Below, one piece after another: positions 29,696-43,800 of a stretch of 64,000 nucleotides of DNA. The DNA comes from Tubulanus polymorphus (Eukaryota; Animalia; Nemertea), in the NCBI RefSeq assembly GCF_964204645.1, contig NC_134027.1, positions 1,830,485 through 1,894,484 of the forward strand, given 5' to 3'. A program made the translations under genes and the position numbers. The first letter of the stretch is position 1, and every line of letters starts with the position of its first letter. A model generated the notes under the pieces. That model saw only the letters and a list, made by a program, of their open reading frames with translations, was not told the DNA's origin and did not search any database.

Positions 29696-31963
29696 ACAGT
29701 TTTTGAATGAGGGGTTTTTGCAATTTATTGGAGAAATGCATTGACGAGCACTGATTTTTACGATCGTTTTTTGCGAACGACCGTCAACCAGTCTACTCAA
29801 CGAGGGAGCAATTTGGCGATTTGATTTGCGAGATGGCTGCGCTCAGAAGTCGATAGGGATACGATTCTCTTTCCACGTCGTTTATATGTCATGCAATCCA
29901 AACAGCATCGACCAGTTTTACACAATTTACGAAGAAAATTGACGAAATCTATCGCAAACATCGCATGCTCTTCAAACGGCCTTTCGGAGATTCAGCACCG
30001 AAAACGAATCAAATCAAACAATTTATTGACACAAAAAAACGAAATATGTTTTGCATTCTTACGGAAGCTGGAGAAACGTAATATAATGATGAAACGAAAG
30101 TGGATTTTCCTCCTATATCACTGGGCCAAACAGAACGGGTTCACTAAGTTAAATATAATATACCTAAAATTCGAATGTACTTTTTCGCAATATTTTTCAC
30201 AGAACGAGTCACGTCTGGCGAACTAAAATCGTCTCTTGACCGCGTTGTGAACGTGTATCAGACCACTTCATTATTACTGCGTAGAATTACGAGTACCTGA
30301 AGAGTAAATGTAGCGGAGCTTTTATTCAAAAACCAAGTCCATTACCCGGTTGATACGTCACAAAAACTACCCAAGATGATTGGTAACTTTTTTGGCTAAA
30401 TGACGATATTGATCGAGGTCGGCGTATTCTATCAACCTAAGTATAACGCATTCGATTAATAAAAATGTCTAAAAGGCCAGTGCCTGTGACTGATAACGGC
30501 ATTTTTTTATTGATATGTCAGGAAGGTAAATTTACGAGTTGCCGCTTCTCAATTCTCCTGATGCATATAACGTTTATCTAATCGATACAATATGAATAAA
30601 TCACCTACCCTTCGAGGTACACAAATTATCAATTTTCTATCAGAGACTGGTTTTAAACTATTGGCGGGGTATAATTTATTGGTCGCTGGAGATTTCCTCT
30701 TCTGGCCGTCCATCTGCCGCTGCGAATAAACATTCGAGTCGTATACGGCTTCGTTAATCTATAGACCAGTCTATCAACGTAAAAACCGTCGAAGATTCGT
30801 ACAGATCACGATGTTGTGTTTACAGCTGAGACTGATAATATTCGAATACGTGACGATCGCGTCTCGTAGATAGTTCGGTAATTCATCGGTTAGAATACGC
30901 TGAGTGCTTGATCGTGGGTAGTTAAAGAACCGAAAATAAATACCATAAATTACAACGAACGTCTATTGCACGTTTTTATGCAATTTGTCGTGAGAAAAGA
31001 GACATCTGTTGGGCGTCAACTTCACGCAAAAAGTTGATTACTCAATGTTTTACTTATTTTTTTTTCTTTCTTTTTTTTTAATCATCAGCGATGTGAGTAA
31101 ACAGCTGGTAGATTCTCAAATACCGTAGACTTTCTCGGAATTATTTGTTGCCGAAAGTGACGACGCATGCCATAAAAACCGATATCGAGTTCATTCTATT
31201 CCAAACAGAAAAAAAGGGCATTGGAAAAACTATTTGAACTGCAATCGAAAATAGAAATCCCCCCCCCAACTACCTCTGCCAGCTTGCTCCCCGCTCCCTC
31301 TCTATAATTCTCTCCCTCCCTTATCAACAAGAATTATATTTCTCATCTGAAAATAGGCAAACACAAAATGCCATATACATACACTTAAAATCCTCTAAGC
31401 GGTTCTTAGAAGGGGGTGCACCGACAATATATTATATTATATATAAAACCGTTTTGTTATAAGAACATTTCCATTTTACCTATATTTCACGTGTAAGAAT
31501 TTATGATAGAGATACACAGACACTTGCGAAAATCTAATAGTCGTTGTTTGCGTAATTGATGGTTTTACGAAATATGATTTCTATCTTGAAACACAATTAA
31601 TGAGTTATTCATATTTTCCACGGGAATATTTTTAAACTTAAAATATGTAGAATGCCTCGAGAAAAATAACGCGGATATCGCTTTTAACATTACCACTACA
31701 ACCGATTCGATGAATTTAAGGGAAGTGAGATATATCAAAAAATCTATATTGAAGAGTCGTGTGTGATCTGTAAACTGCGACGTCCACGTAAATGTGTATT
31801 AGTGTCGCTGCGGGTGTCCGAATGACGATTTGGATTTACAAATGATATCTGATTGTCTAACAAAGGCGATAGGTGGAACATGTTCTCGGAGTCTTTTGTC
31901 AGAATAACAGGCAGTTTATTATATTTTGTGGTATTACCGTGAAGATAATTTCTATTGTTCGGT

Positions 31964-32908
31964 ATGAGTAACGTGACTCGAATATTCGTCCCTCTCGAAT
32001 ACGCATTACTCACATCGGTAGATTTCAGGCGTCCTGATTTAGAACTAATGCTTGATAACTGCTTTACTTTTCTCTTCGTTATCTTCGGATTTATAGGAAA
32101 CAATTTCATAGTTATAATAATGTTACAGCGAAGCTTCTGGAAACTATCTTACAGTCGATTTCTGTTCACTCTGGCGATTTCCGACAACGTGCGCGTAGTC
32201 GAAGCCGCTTGTATTCTCCTTAACATTCTAGGCAAGAGATTCTTGCGGAAAAACATCGTCACATTCTACAGCGTTTATGCGGTTATTATCCACGAACAGC
32301 TGGTAGTTTTGGCAATGTGTATGAGTCCAGTTTTATTAGTTCTAGTGACGATAGAGAGACTCTGCGCTATCCGCTTCCCTTTCACTGCTAAACGATTCTG
32401 GACAACAAAAACATCGTCTATAATGTGCGCCACTCTGACTGCGGTGATTTATGGTGTTTTCTCTTTCACGTGGACGATCACTTGTGATGATCGTTCCCCG
32501 ATAAAAACGTGCACATTTCCAAGCTTTCAATATATTTTGATTGAATATGCTTTATATTCTGTGTTTATATATTTTCCGGCAGTGATTATTTCAGTAGCGA
32601 CTATAATGATGGTCGTCACGATGAGGTCGAGCGATGCCGTGTCCGCTTCAGGAAAAGGTACGACAAAAACTAATCAAGCCAGTCGTATGGTTCTGACCGT
32701 TATGATATTCTTCGTCGTAACAATGATTCCAATTTGTCTGTTTGCGTCTCTGCGTGCTGTTAAGGGTTTGTACATGGTGCTGAGACTTCCCTCCTACATC
32801 GCTTCTAAAATATTCGCTCTGAATTACGTGATGAATTTCTATCTGTATTTGTTATCAGGTAAAGAGTTTCGTACGGTGACCACCCGTTTGATAAAATGCC
32901 AGTCATGA
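31964..32908 (+). CDS. Single-exon class A GPCR, tandem copy 1, 314 aa (orphan, probable chemoreceptor or peptide-receptor-like)
   Basis: ATG at 31964. TM1 GFIGN, TM2 LAISD, TM3 IERLCAIRFP, TM5 YFP, TM7 MNFYLY followed by helix-8 GKEFR. Confidence 0.9.
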   Translation: MSNVTRIFVPLEYALLTSVDFRRPDLELMLDNCFTFLFVIFGFIGNNFIVIIMLQRSFWKLSYSRFLFTLAISDNVRVVEAACILLNILGKRFLRKNIVTFYSVYAVIIHEQLVVLAMCMSPVLLVLVTIERLCAIRFPFTAKRFWTTKTSSIMCATLTAVIYGVFSFTWTITCDDRSPIKTCTFPSFQYILIEYALYSVFIYFPAVIISVATIMMVVTMRSSDAVSASGKGTTKTNQASRMVLTVMIFFVVTMIPICLFASLRAVKGLYMVLRLPSYIASKIFALNYVMNFYLYLLSGKEFRTVTTRLIKCQS

Positions 32909-33145
32909 GAACATCACATTTTTTTCTGTCGATAGAAAATAGATTCTATCGAAAAGTTTCTATCAAAATTGATAAACTCGTTTTTCTTTTCAAATATTTC
33001 GGGCTTATTTCTTTTTCAATTCCCGTCACACAGCCCCGCGGTAAAAATCAACCGAACCACACTAAAAGGTGATAAAGTGCAGAACAATTATGTTGATTTT
33101 AGTAATGAGTAGATTTTTGAAGACATCGTAAAAATGATACAATAT

Positions 33146-33844
33146 CTACATGTACAAAATACAAACGCCTGCAAAGACGATCATCAACGATTCTGTAATT
33201 TTTATTATGCAAGAGGAAAGACGGCAGATATCACTCGAGAGATCAGCGATATAGAAAGAGACAATCAAGTCCCGCTGAAAAGTCAGATATAAAAGGTTTT
33301 TTCCGTATCCCAGTATCAGTAGTATCTCTTCCACGAGGTTTTTTTAAAAATGTAAACTGCTATTTCTAGCAATCTTTCAGTTCGATACAGCTTCATTCAT
33401 AGTTGTAAGTTTTCCTACCTGAATTTTGTAACGATTCATGTAATTGCATTGTAAATAAGTTGTGAAGCAAGTAGCGTTATGCTCGCTGATACCAGCCAAT
33501 AAATCTCGACTTAATTTAATGTAAATTCAAAAAATGTCACCTAGTGTCACCTAATGATATATACATGTACAAAAAAAGCATGCCAAGACAATTTTACAAA
33601 TGATTCTGTATAATTTTTATGATGAAAAAAGAAATGCGGCAGAGGTTCTTTCCTTTTTCGGTATCGGGAGTATCTCCTCCATACTCCTCCATGGGATACA
33701 GCGTTAGGTCCGGGTTGCTTTCTACTATAAACTGCTAAATCTAACAACTTATTAATACAGACACCTCGATACTACTGCATTCATAGCTGAGAGTTCTCCT
33801 ACATGAATTTTGAAACGATTTATGTAATTACATTTTGAATAAGT
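33146..33844. repeat. Diverged non-coding direct duplication (~33146-33460 vs ~33562-33844)
   Basis: Shared blocks in the same order: TACATGTACAAAA, GATTCTGTA, AAACTGCTA, CATTCATAG, CCTAC(C/A)TGAATTTTG, ATGTAATT, AATAAGT. Confidence 0.7.
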
Positions 33845-34077
33845 AGCAAAGCCATATATGAAATATAGTTTGAAAAGTGGTCTTCACTGGGTACGGATCT
33901 CCGTAACAATTTGGATTTATAAATCATATCTGTTTTCTAACCATAGAGAACGCATTGCTACATTTAAATCATATCACATGTTAATAAGCGGGTGTAGGTA
34001 CAGGAAGAAACGATATATCATTCGTTTTGTGATAGTACGTTTAAATTGGCTCCACATTCATCATCGTTGATGTAATA

Positions 34078-35019
34078 ATGGTTAATTCGACTCGAATATT
34101 CGCTCCACCTGAATACAGAGCACTCAGCGCTGTCGATATTCACCGGGCTCACTGGTTTCTGACGCTTGATAATCTGTACACTTTCCTGTACGTGTTCTTC
34201 GGATTCGTAGGAAACGCATTCATAGTCATTATAATGATAAAGCCAAGTTTCGCGAAGCTATCTTACAGTCGTTTCCTGTTGACTCTCGCGGTTTCAGACA
34301 ATCTGCGACTTGGCGGTTCTGCTTGTATTCTCGTGAACGTTCTAGCTATGAGATTGATCGGTGCAAATATAATCACATTCTACAGCGTTTATGCGGTTAT
34401 TATCTATGAACAACTGGTAATTTTAGGAATGTGTATGAGTCCAGTTTTATTAGTTCTGGTAACGATAGAGAGACTCTGCGCTATCCGCTTCCCTTTCACT
34501 GCTAAACGATTCTGGACAACAAAAACATCGTCTATAATGTGCGCCACTCTGACTGCGGTTATGTTTGCTATTTTCTCCTTCACGTGGACGATCACTTGTG
34601 ATGATCGTTCCCCGATAGAAAAATGCACATTTCCAACATTTGATTATGTTTTGACCGAATATGCTTTATATTCTGTGTTTATATATTTTCCGGCAGTGAT
34701 TATTTCAGTAGCGACTATAATGATGGTCGTCACGATGAGGTCGAGCGATGCGGTGTCCGCTTCAGGAAAAGGTACGACAAAAACTAATCAAGCCAGTCGT
34801 ATGGTTCTGACCGTTATGATATTCTTTGCTGTCACAACGATTCCTGTGTGTATGTTGTCGTCTCTACGTTTTGTAAAAGGCTGGTACATGGTGCTGAGAA
34901 CTCCCTCTTACGTCGCTTCTAAAATATTCGCTTTGAACAACGCGATGAATTTCTATCTATATATTTTAGCGGGTAAAGAATTTCGTTCAGTAGCCGCCCG
35001 TTTGATGAAATGCCAGTGA
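34078..35019 (+). CDS. Single-exon class A GPCR, tandem copy 2, 313 aa
   Basis: Colinear paralog of 31964-32908 (offset 2114 nt), with the same motifs GFVGN, LAVSD, IERL, MNFYLY. Confidence 0.9.
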   Translation: MVNSTRIFAPPEYRALSAVDIHRAHWFLTLDNLYTFLYVFFGFVGNAFIVIIMIKPSFAKLSYSRFLLTLAVSDNLRLGGSACILVNVLAMRLIGANIITFYSVYAVIIYEQLVILGMCMSPVLLVLVTIERLCAIRFPFTAKRFWTTKTSSIMCATLTAVMFAIFSFTWTITCDDRSPIEKCTFPTFDYVLTEYALYSVFIYFPAVIISVATIMMVVTMRSSDAVSASGKGTTKTNQASRMVLTVMIFFAVTTIPVCMLSSLRFVKGWYMVLRTPSYVASKIFALNNAMNFYLYILAGKEFRSVAARLMKCQ

Positions 35020-37834
35020 GAAAATATTACAATTTCTGGATTCGCTCAGTGAGAGCTTATGAAAGTATGGCCATCAATAACTAAATCTTATTGCATTTTA
35101 TGCGAAAGAAAAATTTTGACTTTCTTCTTGTCTGGAATATTGCTTACGCCACAGCTATCGTAGTTGCTAGTCAATGTTTGGGGTAAGTAATCCTCTTCAT
35201 GATTGCTCAACTGAGCTTATTAGTGGCCGTAACCAATTCCAGGACGATGGTGTTTCCGGGGGCGATGGACTGGATGATTGAGAGAGGATTAGAAACGATA
35301 TCCCGCGGTTAAACCGTCAATTCGCCATAGAAACGAAACATAGAAACGACTGAGAAATTGAAATATGACGTAATTTGATATATACTGATAAAATGAATAT
35401 TTGATATCATTTGATATTAGTAATTATATACATTGGTATAGATAGAATACAATCCCGTTTTACAGAAATACGTGTTCATTCCTATCAAGAGGAATAAAAA
35501 GAATATAGTGCTATGTGAGCCTGCCCGAAGACGAATTATAAAGTTATAACAATTTGTTTGCATCTTTGATATAACGGATGAGCCGGATGTTTCTTGTAAC
35601 TTTTCCATGTTAAAAGGTGCCTAAAGCGAATATGATCTTGGTTGACAGGTGTTGTTCTTACTCCTAATTTTCTTTACACCTTATACGCTGAAAACATGCA
35701 AAAACAATGGAATTTGACACCAAAACTGCTTTTAAACGCGGTTTCATGGCACTGATGAAGGTGAATCGAAGCGTGTTGATGGATTGGAGTGGACTGGACA
35801 GTGCATTCAGACAGCACATCAATCACAATACAAACATCGAGAAGACGTAACCACAGCCAGTGAGAAACCATCGAAAATATAATCTTATATGATCCATCAA
35901 AAATGAACGCATCCATGAAATGAAGAGAACTGTTGCCCAGTTCCAGCCATCATCTGGGATTCATAATGAACAGAATATCGTATCAAGGTGTCTGGGTAAG
36001 AGAAGATGAATTGATCGGTTCAGTGACGAATTTTTATTCTCAACGGCAAGCGTGAATCCGGAACGCCGATATATAAGAAACACTCGTTAAGATCAAGAAA
36101 CTCTGTGATCTATAAATTCATGAAAGATTGCATTTTTCCTCTTGCAGAGTCTGTGTGACATTTAACCGAATAGAACAATCAGCTTTATCAGAATATTTCG
36201 TGTATACATCAAAAACTAAAAATCCAGTTGATGCTGTTATATACTGTGGTGAAACACTGTAATTTATATGCTTCCACTATAACTGCCGGTTGTTGTTGTG
36301 GTGAAATAAATATCCGAACTTTTTTCTCGCGTGATCAGGGAATTCACACGATACGAACTCATCATTGTCGTTTCTTAATCCATTCCAACCCTGATACATT
36401 ACGTTTATTGATAGCACGGTGGCTATCGCTTCACTTTGTGAGACGACGTGAAGCAATTTATTAATGTAATGGCAATTTGATCTGCCGGGCTCTTAAACTA
36501 ATATACCACCGTTCAGTCGCTGCGTTGAATAAATCCGCCGAAAATAAGATTCCTTTTATTGTTAAGACGATACTGATCTGTGCAATTTTTGCGCTGAAGA
36601 ATTCGCCGAAATGAATAATCGCCAGACGACCGAAACACCCTCCGCGAATACGGCATGAAGCTTAGCGTCGTCGTGTGAAGGAGAAGAATTCGTTTTACGG
36701 AGAATTTGCTGTAGGAAAAAGCACTTTGATTGATTGAGACTCTCATTGATGTCAATTGATCTGATTTGGAATTCCTCTCATCGACCTAAAGCAACTATTC
36801 GAAACATCAAACTACACCCCGAAACAGAGAGTAGGCCTATACACAATACACAGCGTGCCTCAAAACAGTGAAAACTTACGTATTTCATCCATTAAAAAAT
36901 TGCGTAATTAGAATAAATTCAACCTCGCTGAAAATAGAAATGAATTAAGAACAAAGTGATTGACACCAAGATGTCTAATTTGTGTATATTTTGTGTATTT
37001 CATTTACTAAATAGTCTGCGATAAGAAATAGAAGGAAATTTAAAATACATCGTAAAATAAAAACACTGGATAACTGGTGGAGTTAGAAGATCACTTATTA
37101 TCTTCAAGAACCAAAAGCTCACACGCTCGCATTCATACTCTATTCATGATCCATGTAAGTATTCCCTCGATATTAATGAACGAATATTGTGTCAAAAAAA
37201 ACGCTGGAAAACAAGTGAAGTCAAAAGATGACTTTCTAAGAACCGAAATCCCACACTTTTATATACGTACATTCATACCCCATTCATACGCCATTCAAAT
37301 CCTACTCATGAAACCATGTAAGTATTCCTTCAATTAATGAATGAAGGAATATTATTAATCATTACTGAGCTTTCTCATCGGATAATTAGTACGCCTTCCA
37401 TGATCAGCGATTCCTCGTATGATTTCATTTACGATATTCATCGAATATTTTCCTGATAATAGAATAAATTCGTGTACAAGAGCGCGTTATCTTATATTTA
37501 ATTTTGCCAGGCATCACGACATGACATGTCCAAAATCAACACGAAGATTACGACTCTTCCCCCGAGGCTTGCAATCATATATGAGCTTGCATGTATACGA
37601 CGAACTGATTCTATTCCGAACAGCCATCGATTCAACATTGTCCTCATATATATAGTCATTTCTGGTCGCGGATCTTTTTCGAAGGAAATTCGTTTTCGAG
37701 ATGGAATGTTGATGATTTTTCATCACTTGGAAGAACAGTGATTGGAAAGAGTGTCTCTGCTCGAACAGCGGGGTTTGTGGAAACTAAACGATCCCGGTCG
37801 CTCGCGTCTGCCATTGCGCTGGCTCCATAAAACC

Positions 37835-40800
37835 ATGCTTGAAGACAATCAGACGACAAACGCGATGCCGCAGTGTGCCAAAATGGCCAAGAACAAACTA
37901 GTTCCGGATGAAATCAAAACTTATCAGTTTTGGAAATCCGTTCGCTGTGAATTTCTCATTACTTTGTTATTGGTTTTTATGGGCTGTGGTTCGTACAATA
38001 TCTGGCATTCGGGTACGGAATATAGCGATATCAGAGTAGCCCTGGCATTCGGCTTTAGTGTTGCTACTTTGATGCAATGTGTCGGTCACATCAGCGGTGC
38101 TCACATGAACCCTGCGGTCACTATGGCCATGTTAGTTACACGAAATGTGAGCATTTTGCGAACGCTTTTTTACATAGTTGCCCAATGCTTGGGCGGAGTA
38201 GCCGGCGCTGGGATTTTATACGGTCTAACTCCGAACACTTCCGCCACCCATTTGGGTGTCACCTACGTCCATCCAGAAGTGCCGTTAGGGCAGGCGTTTG
38301 GAATCGAGTTTATGACAACTTTTTTAATGGTTTTTACAGTTTTTGCTAACGTTGACTCGAAACGAGCGGAGATGGGATCTCGAGCACTTTCAGTTGGATT
38401 ATCTGTGATCATTGGACATCTTTTAGCTGTAAGTATTCATGATAATGATCTCACATGTTCTAAAACGAAATCTTAACTTTACGGTTGTCATTTAGTTCCA
38501 TCATAGCCGTTCTAACAACTAAAGACTAGTCTTAAAATTTACAAACACTTTTGAACGCAAGTCACGACTGTGACACTGTTTCGCAATGAAAAAGAATTCT
38601 TTAAGGCAAAACGCACACAACACAGGGATATCTACGATCAGAAACATGTTTCCATGCTTCTTTGCGTTGTGCGCGTCGGGCTTTAGCAATTATTTCGTAA
38701 CGCGTCCGGAAAGTAACGAATTTTTTCTCATCTTGTTCTCAACCGCACCTCACCGACAACAGTACCGCGTTAGAGTTAAAAATCTCATCATCTTCGGCGA
38801 GATGAAGACGTTGCAGTCTCTTTTTAAATGTCACAGCAATGAGTTTCGTACCGTCACCTCGAGACATCACCTGCTACGCGTACATGACATAATAAGACAG
38901 AGTAATTCAGGTAGATGAACGGTAGCTCGTTTCCTCCGCTGCGGGCGACGCAAACTATAACTTCTCTCCGATAAAAGGTGAAGCTTTAATAGTAAATCTC
39001 ACCTGCAGCACCTGCTTCACGTAAAAGCGTGAAAACTCTTCAAAATGATTGCGACTTCGCGATGGCATCTAGCAGCTCATGTATACCAACTTATACACCG
39101 TTATTTACTGCGATGCCGCGGGAATTGTTTCAAATACGATTTTAACATCTCTGATCGACCGAGCGGTGTGTACGCCACGATACATCCTTCAATAAACTGC
39201 CTCGAGTGAACTTCATATAGATTCGTCTATTTCAACATGAACTACTTGATTTTAAAAAAGAAAGCCGCGAGCAGAATAAACAAAGATAATAATCTATATA
39301 TACATCTATACTTATCCATATCGATAATTTCGTCTCATTAGTGAATATCTGGGCGTATTCAAAATGTGTTCGAAATTCTGTTCTCAAAAATAATAGAGCT
39401 CCGAGGGGCCTCGAACCTGTGTTGCTCGCATTAGTGACCCGTATAATGCAGCTCCTAGAAGAAATCCTAGATATGTCCCTGAAAGAATGAGTCTTATGTT
39501 AAAAGGCGAAGGAAGTACAACGATATTGCACGCGTCTATGGAGGAAACTGCGGCCGTCATTTTAGCGCTGTTACTAATAACTATCGGTTGGGATTGGGTA
39601 AACACTAAAAGCACCTAGTCCAGCGACTCTCAAGAGTGAAGCAATCATTCTTTCCATTTCGTCTAATGCGTCTATCGCGTGTATGAAAACGACAGAAATG
39701 CGGAAACGGCATTGATGCAGCAAATTAAAACTTCCGCTAAGAGAGAATTTGAAAACAAGTCTAACTGACAGTAACCACCACGGGTTTATCTCGAGCCGCT
39801 TTTGAAGATAATTACATTTTCATGTGTTCATGTCATTTTTTTTATTCCACTGTAAGCTCGGTCGGAGAGTGTACTATCGTTAACAGATAACTACATTTTC
39901 AGGATCAATTCTAAACGTCCCAGATAGAATTCATGGTGCTGGGAATTTGCTTGAGTTTATCCCTTAGAAGCGCAATCAAGCACCCGGACACCAGTGACCG
40001 GTTACATCTCCTTTTTGTAACGAATTTTAGATAGGTCTCGTAAATTCATTAATTGTATTTTTTTCTTATTGATCTAAAGGAATATCTTACATGGATCATG
40101 AATGGGGAATAAACGCGGGGGATGGGCTTTTGGTAAAAATCTATCTTCTAACTTCACCAGGTGTCTGGCGTTTTGTTTTACAACACTATTTCCTTCTATA
40201 CTTCCTTGTGTAAATTGATTCGTGAATAAAATATAAAACCTACACAAAAAATATATATGTGAGTGTATTATAAGTTACTTTGATCATGGCATCGGTCCCC
40301 GTTCGGGCCCATCATATATAGAACAACGATTCGAGGTATTTAGGCAATATTTGATTCGCTAGGGATGAAACATCTAAACCAGAATAAAGCGATTAACGGG
40401 CTGTGTAAAGGTTGGCTGCGTTTATCCGGTCTGAAGCAGTAAGGTAAGACGATCTGACACATCAAGGAGCTTAGATCCGGGTTCTCGAAGTAAATGAAGC
40501 GCATACAGATTCTAAGCTTCCTTATCATCACGGGACAGTTGACGAGTTTAAGCCGATATACTGGTAAACCATGCATCAGGTTTTGTGAATATATACGTCT
40601 TGTTGTTCATTGAGCAAAGTTTATTGAGCAATAATCTTGTTAGAAGTGAAAGATCGCCATTTAAGTAACGTCACGGTGTGGAAAAATCTGAGTCGAAATT
40701 TTGTGATCGTGTTAATGGAATTTGCCGACGATTGAAAACACGATTCAATCATCGTTACGGCGACTTCAAGGCAATCCGCTCAGTTTGATTAATGTATAAC

Positions 40801-43800
40801 CCAGCGTAAATGTTGTCCGTTCGTTTCGCAATTAGTAATAATGTGCAATAAAGGCGTAGTATACAGGGTACAACATTAACGACGTTAAAAGGCTATTTGC
40901 GTCATTTGATTTCCGTGCTGCGGTAAACTGCGACTGTCGCCATTTACGGATCCGCGTGGTCGACGTTATTACTATAATGGAGCTTAACGCCTAGTGGAGT
41001 ATAACACTTAGCATTCGGTCATATCGCATATAAGTAATTCTGAAATAAATAACCAGCGGCCATAAAAACCAGTTGCACAATATGCCTTAGACTTAAGACC
41101 AATCTAAACTCATCTTGTTTGGTGACCAATCTGATAACTTAAGACTAAAGTCTCTAATACTGAAACGGCCTTTGTTGTTTTCATTGACTCCTCCCGTTTC
41201 AATAGGCTGTAACAAACGTATCCTGTCATACCAAACGTTCCACTGGTACCTTTAAAAAAATCTTAATCGCTTTACGAATTTTGTTTTCATATATTTTGAG
41301 TATTCAGAGAATGAATATCATTAGATTACATAATCATTCGCAAAAATATCGTTTATAATTTACCGGGCAACGAACCATGCGCTGTTAACAGCTTTTATAT
41401 AACAGTCGCCACGTACATATTTTATATAAGCGAAAAGCATCAAACTGTCGACAGGGAATTATACACAATAATTTATCAGCAGAAAATCCCTGCGAGTAAT
41501 AAACGACAACTGAACGAATTCATTGGGAAATAATATACAACAACGTCTAGGAAGGCAATTTCATGAACGATTCTATAATTGAAATTATCAAAGAAGGAGA
41601 AGATTTTGTGGCCCGAGAGATTCGGCGCTATAGAAAGCGAGATCTATTGAAATTCCCCCGAGGTTGGAATTTGTCTATAAATATTTCATTGGCAGAGAGG
41701 GTCGAGAACCGAATGCAAATATATGCTACAACATCAATGGAAATGTAACTTGTATCCTGAGTGATGTAAGACCGATCGGTCTCGTTTGCCTATTGATTTG
41801 AGTTAAATATTGGAAGTCTCCGATGCTTGCAATACGAGAGCGCCATTAATGTAACGATAATTCGATTACATTCCTTCAGAAATCAGATACCTGTCAATTT
41901 CGCCGTGGTTTCCAATAGATTGCAAATTGCGTCAAATGCCAACAACGTCTGTCGCCAGCTCGGAGTTCTCCCACGAGAATCAAATCCAAACTATGGAGCA
42001 GTCCATGAGGATCGAGGATCGGCTCAAAATTATCAAGATGTATAAGAGGACCCCGAGTGCCACCAGCTATCCCGCTAGACGAAGTGCGTATCAATAGGAT
42101 AACCCATGGACAATCTGATAAAATTTAGTTCATTTTCAATGTACATGACTGTACTTTAATCTATATTTCTAGCCTCCCATTAAAAACATTTGGCAAAGCG
42201 TGTCTCTTGATAAACACAGGTTGATTTTTAAGCGTTCGTTTATAGCGCGATTATTCGATTCCTCATCCATTGAATTTGAAAAACTATGGACAGATTTCAA
42301 TTGAATCTGAGAAGAAATCCGGCATCGCTGGCGAACCTGGTGGATATTCGCTTGCCACAAGCAGAATCATCGATTCCCACAGTTGATCATTAAATTACGT
42401 ACATCAATAGATTCGGGTGGCTCCATTTCTATTCTAATCGAAGGTGGGCGACTTTTAAGATCTCATTTAACGGCACGTTATTCCCGAATCAGTCGAATCT
42501 TGACTCGATTGTCATGACATATCCGTTTACACGAGATACACCATCAGATGGAGGAAAGTTAGATCACGCAAGTTGGGAAAAATGATTCACATGAAACACA
42601 TCGGATGCTGTGCGGGTGATCGGGGGAAATCGGAGAGTTGCTTGAGAAACCTGTTCACGTATGGAGAAAATGCTGTTATTGACATAACAAATCACATGGG
42701 ACGTGACCGTTAAGCAATCAAGGTTTATCACTCTACAACGCTTTACTTTTCCTCGTCATTTATGAATATTTTACAAGACTTCGTGTCGATTTTATTGCCA
42801 TAATAATCATTCTACGTTGCCAAAATGATCTATCATTCTCGGTTCAGTTATTTGGGAAATCATGACGCAAATACCCCATACATCTAAATAAAACATGATG
42901 GTTTCAATCAATTCTGGTTCTTACATGTATAGAAGATTGCGTTTTCTCTCAACGGTACCAGGCTTCCAGGTTATCAGGTCGGGTGGGTTCCATAATCATA
43001 GCTTATTACGGTTATATAACCAATCTAGCAACTTGAGACCAGGCCTTAACTTTAAACAACACTTTTGGACCCAAGTCTCGTCTATGGACTATGTAGCAAG
43101 CCACAGATGAAATCACAGGATTTCTTATGTGTTTCAATCGTTTTCTATGTGTTCTGACGTGTACGTCATGACATACGTTTCATTGGAACTGCTCCGAAAT
43201 GTCGAGAGAGAATTTAATTGAATTTCGCCCTCACATTCACGGTCTGAAATAACTCAAAATGCCACTGCCATTATTTTCTCTACAAGCAAACTGTCAGAAG
43301 CCATCGTTCTACCACTTCTGAAACGATAATTACGTTTTGTACGCATGGAAACAAAATATAAAACGCCTTCGTTTTCTAATCTATCGCGTCATGAATATGC
43401 GCGCAGTTAAGTAACAAGTTGCGACGCAGTTCACCGTATTTTCGGATGGAACCGAGCAAGAAAGAATCGTGAGAATCTTGTAATGATTCGTCTTGTCTCC
43501 GTAGGTATAAAAGCCGCTTGAAAGGACACCGAGCTATTGATGTGTGGAACTGTTTAAGATGGCTTACGGGCAGAAACATCCAGAAGTGGCTTCGTTTATA
43601 CCCGAACAGCGGCGAAGGACAGACCTCTTTTCACGTTAAAGATTAAATTGTTGCGAGAATCTTTGTATAAAACGACGGCTCAGAAGCCGGTTAATACAGC
43701 TTTACATCAGCGCACGGATAGGAAAAAATATCTTTTCAGATAAGTAAATGAGCGGAAAGAAAACCCGACCACACGTGCCTTTGAAATCGACGAGTAAAAC

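Noticed and set aside
31964-35019. Opsins (Lys in TM7)
   Set aside because: The Lys maps to 7.40, not the retinal-binding 7.43, and NPxxY and the TM3 Cys are absent.
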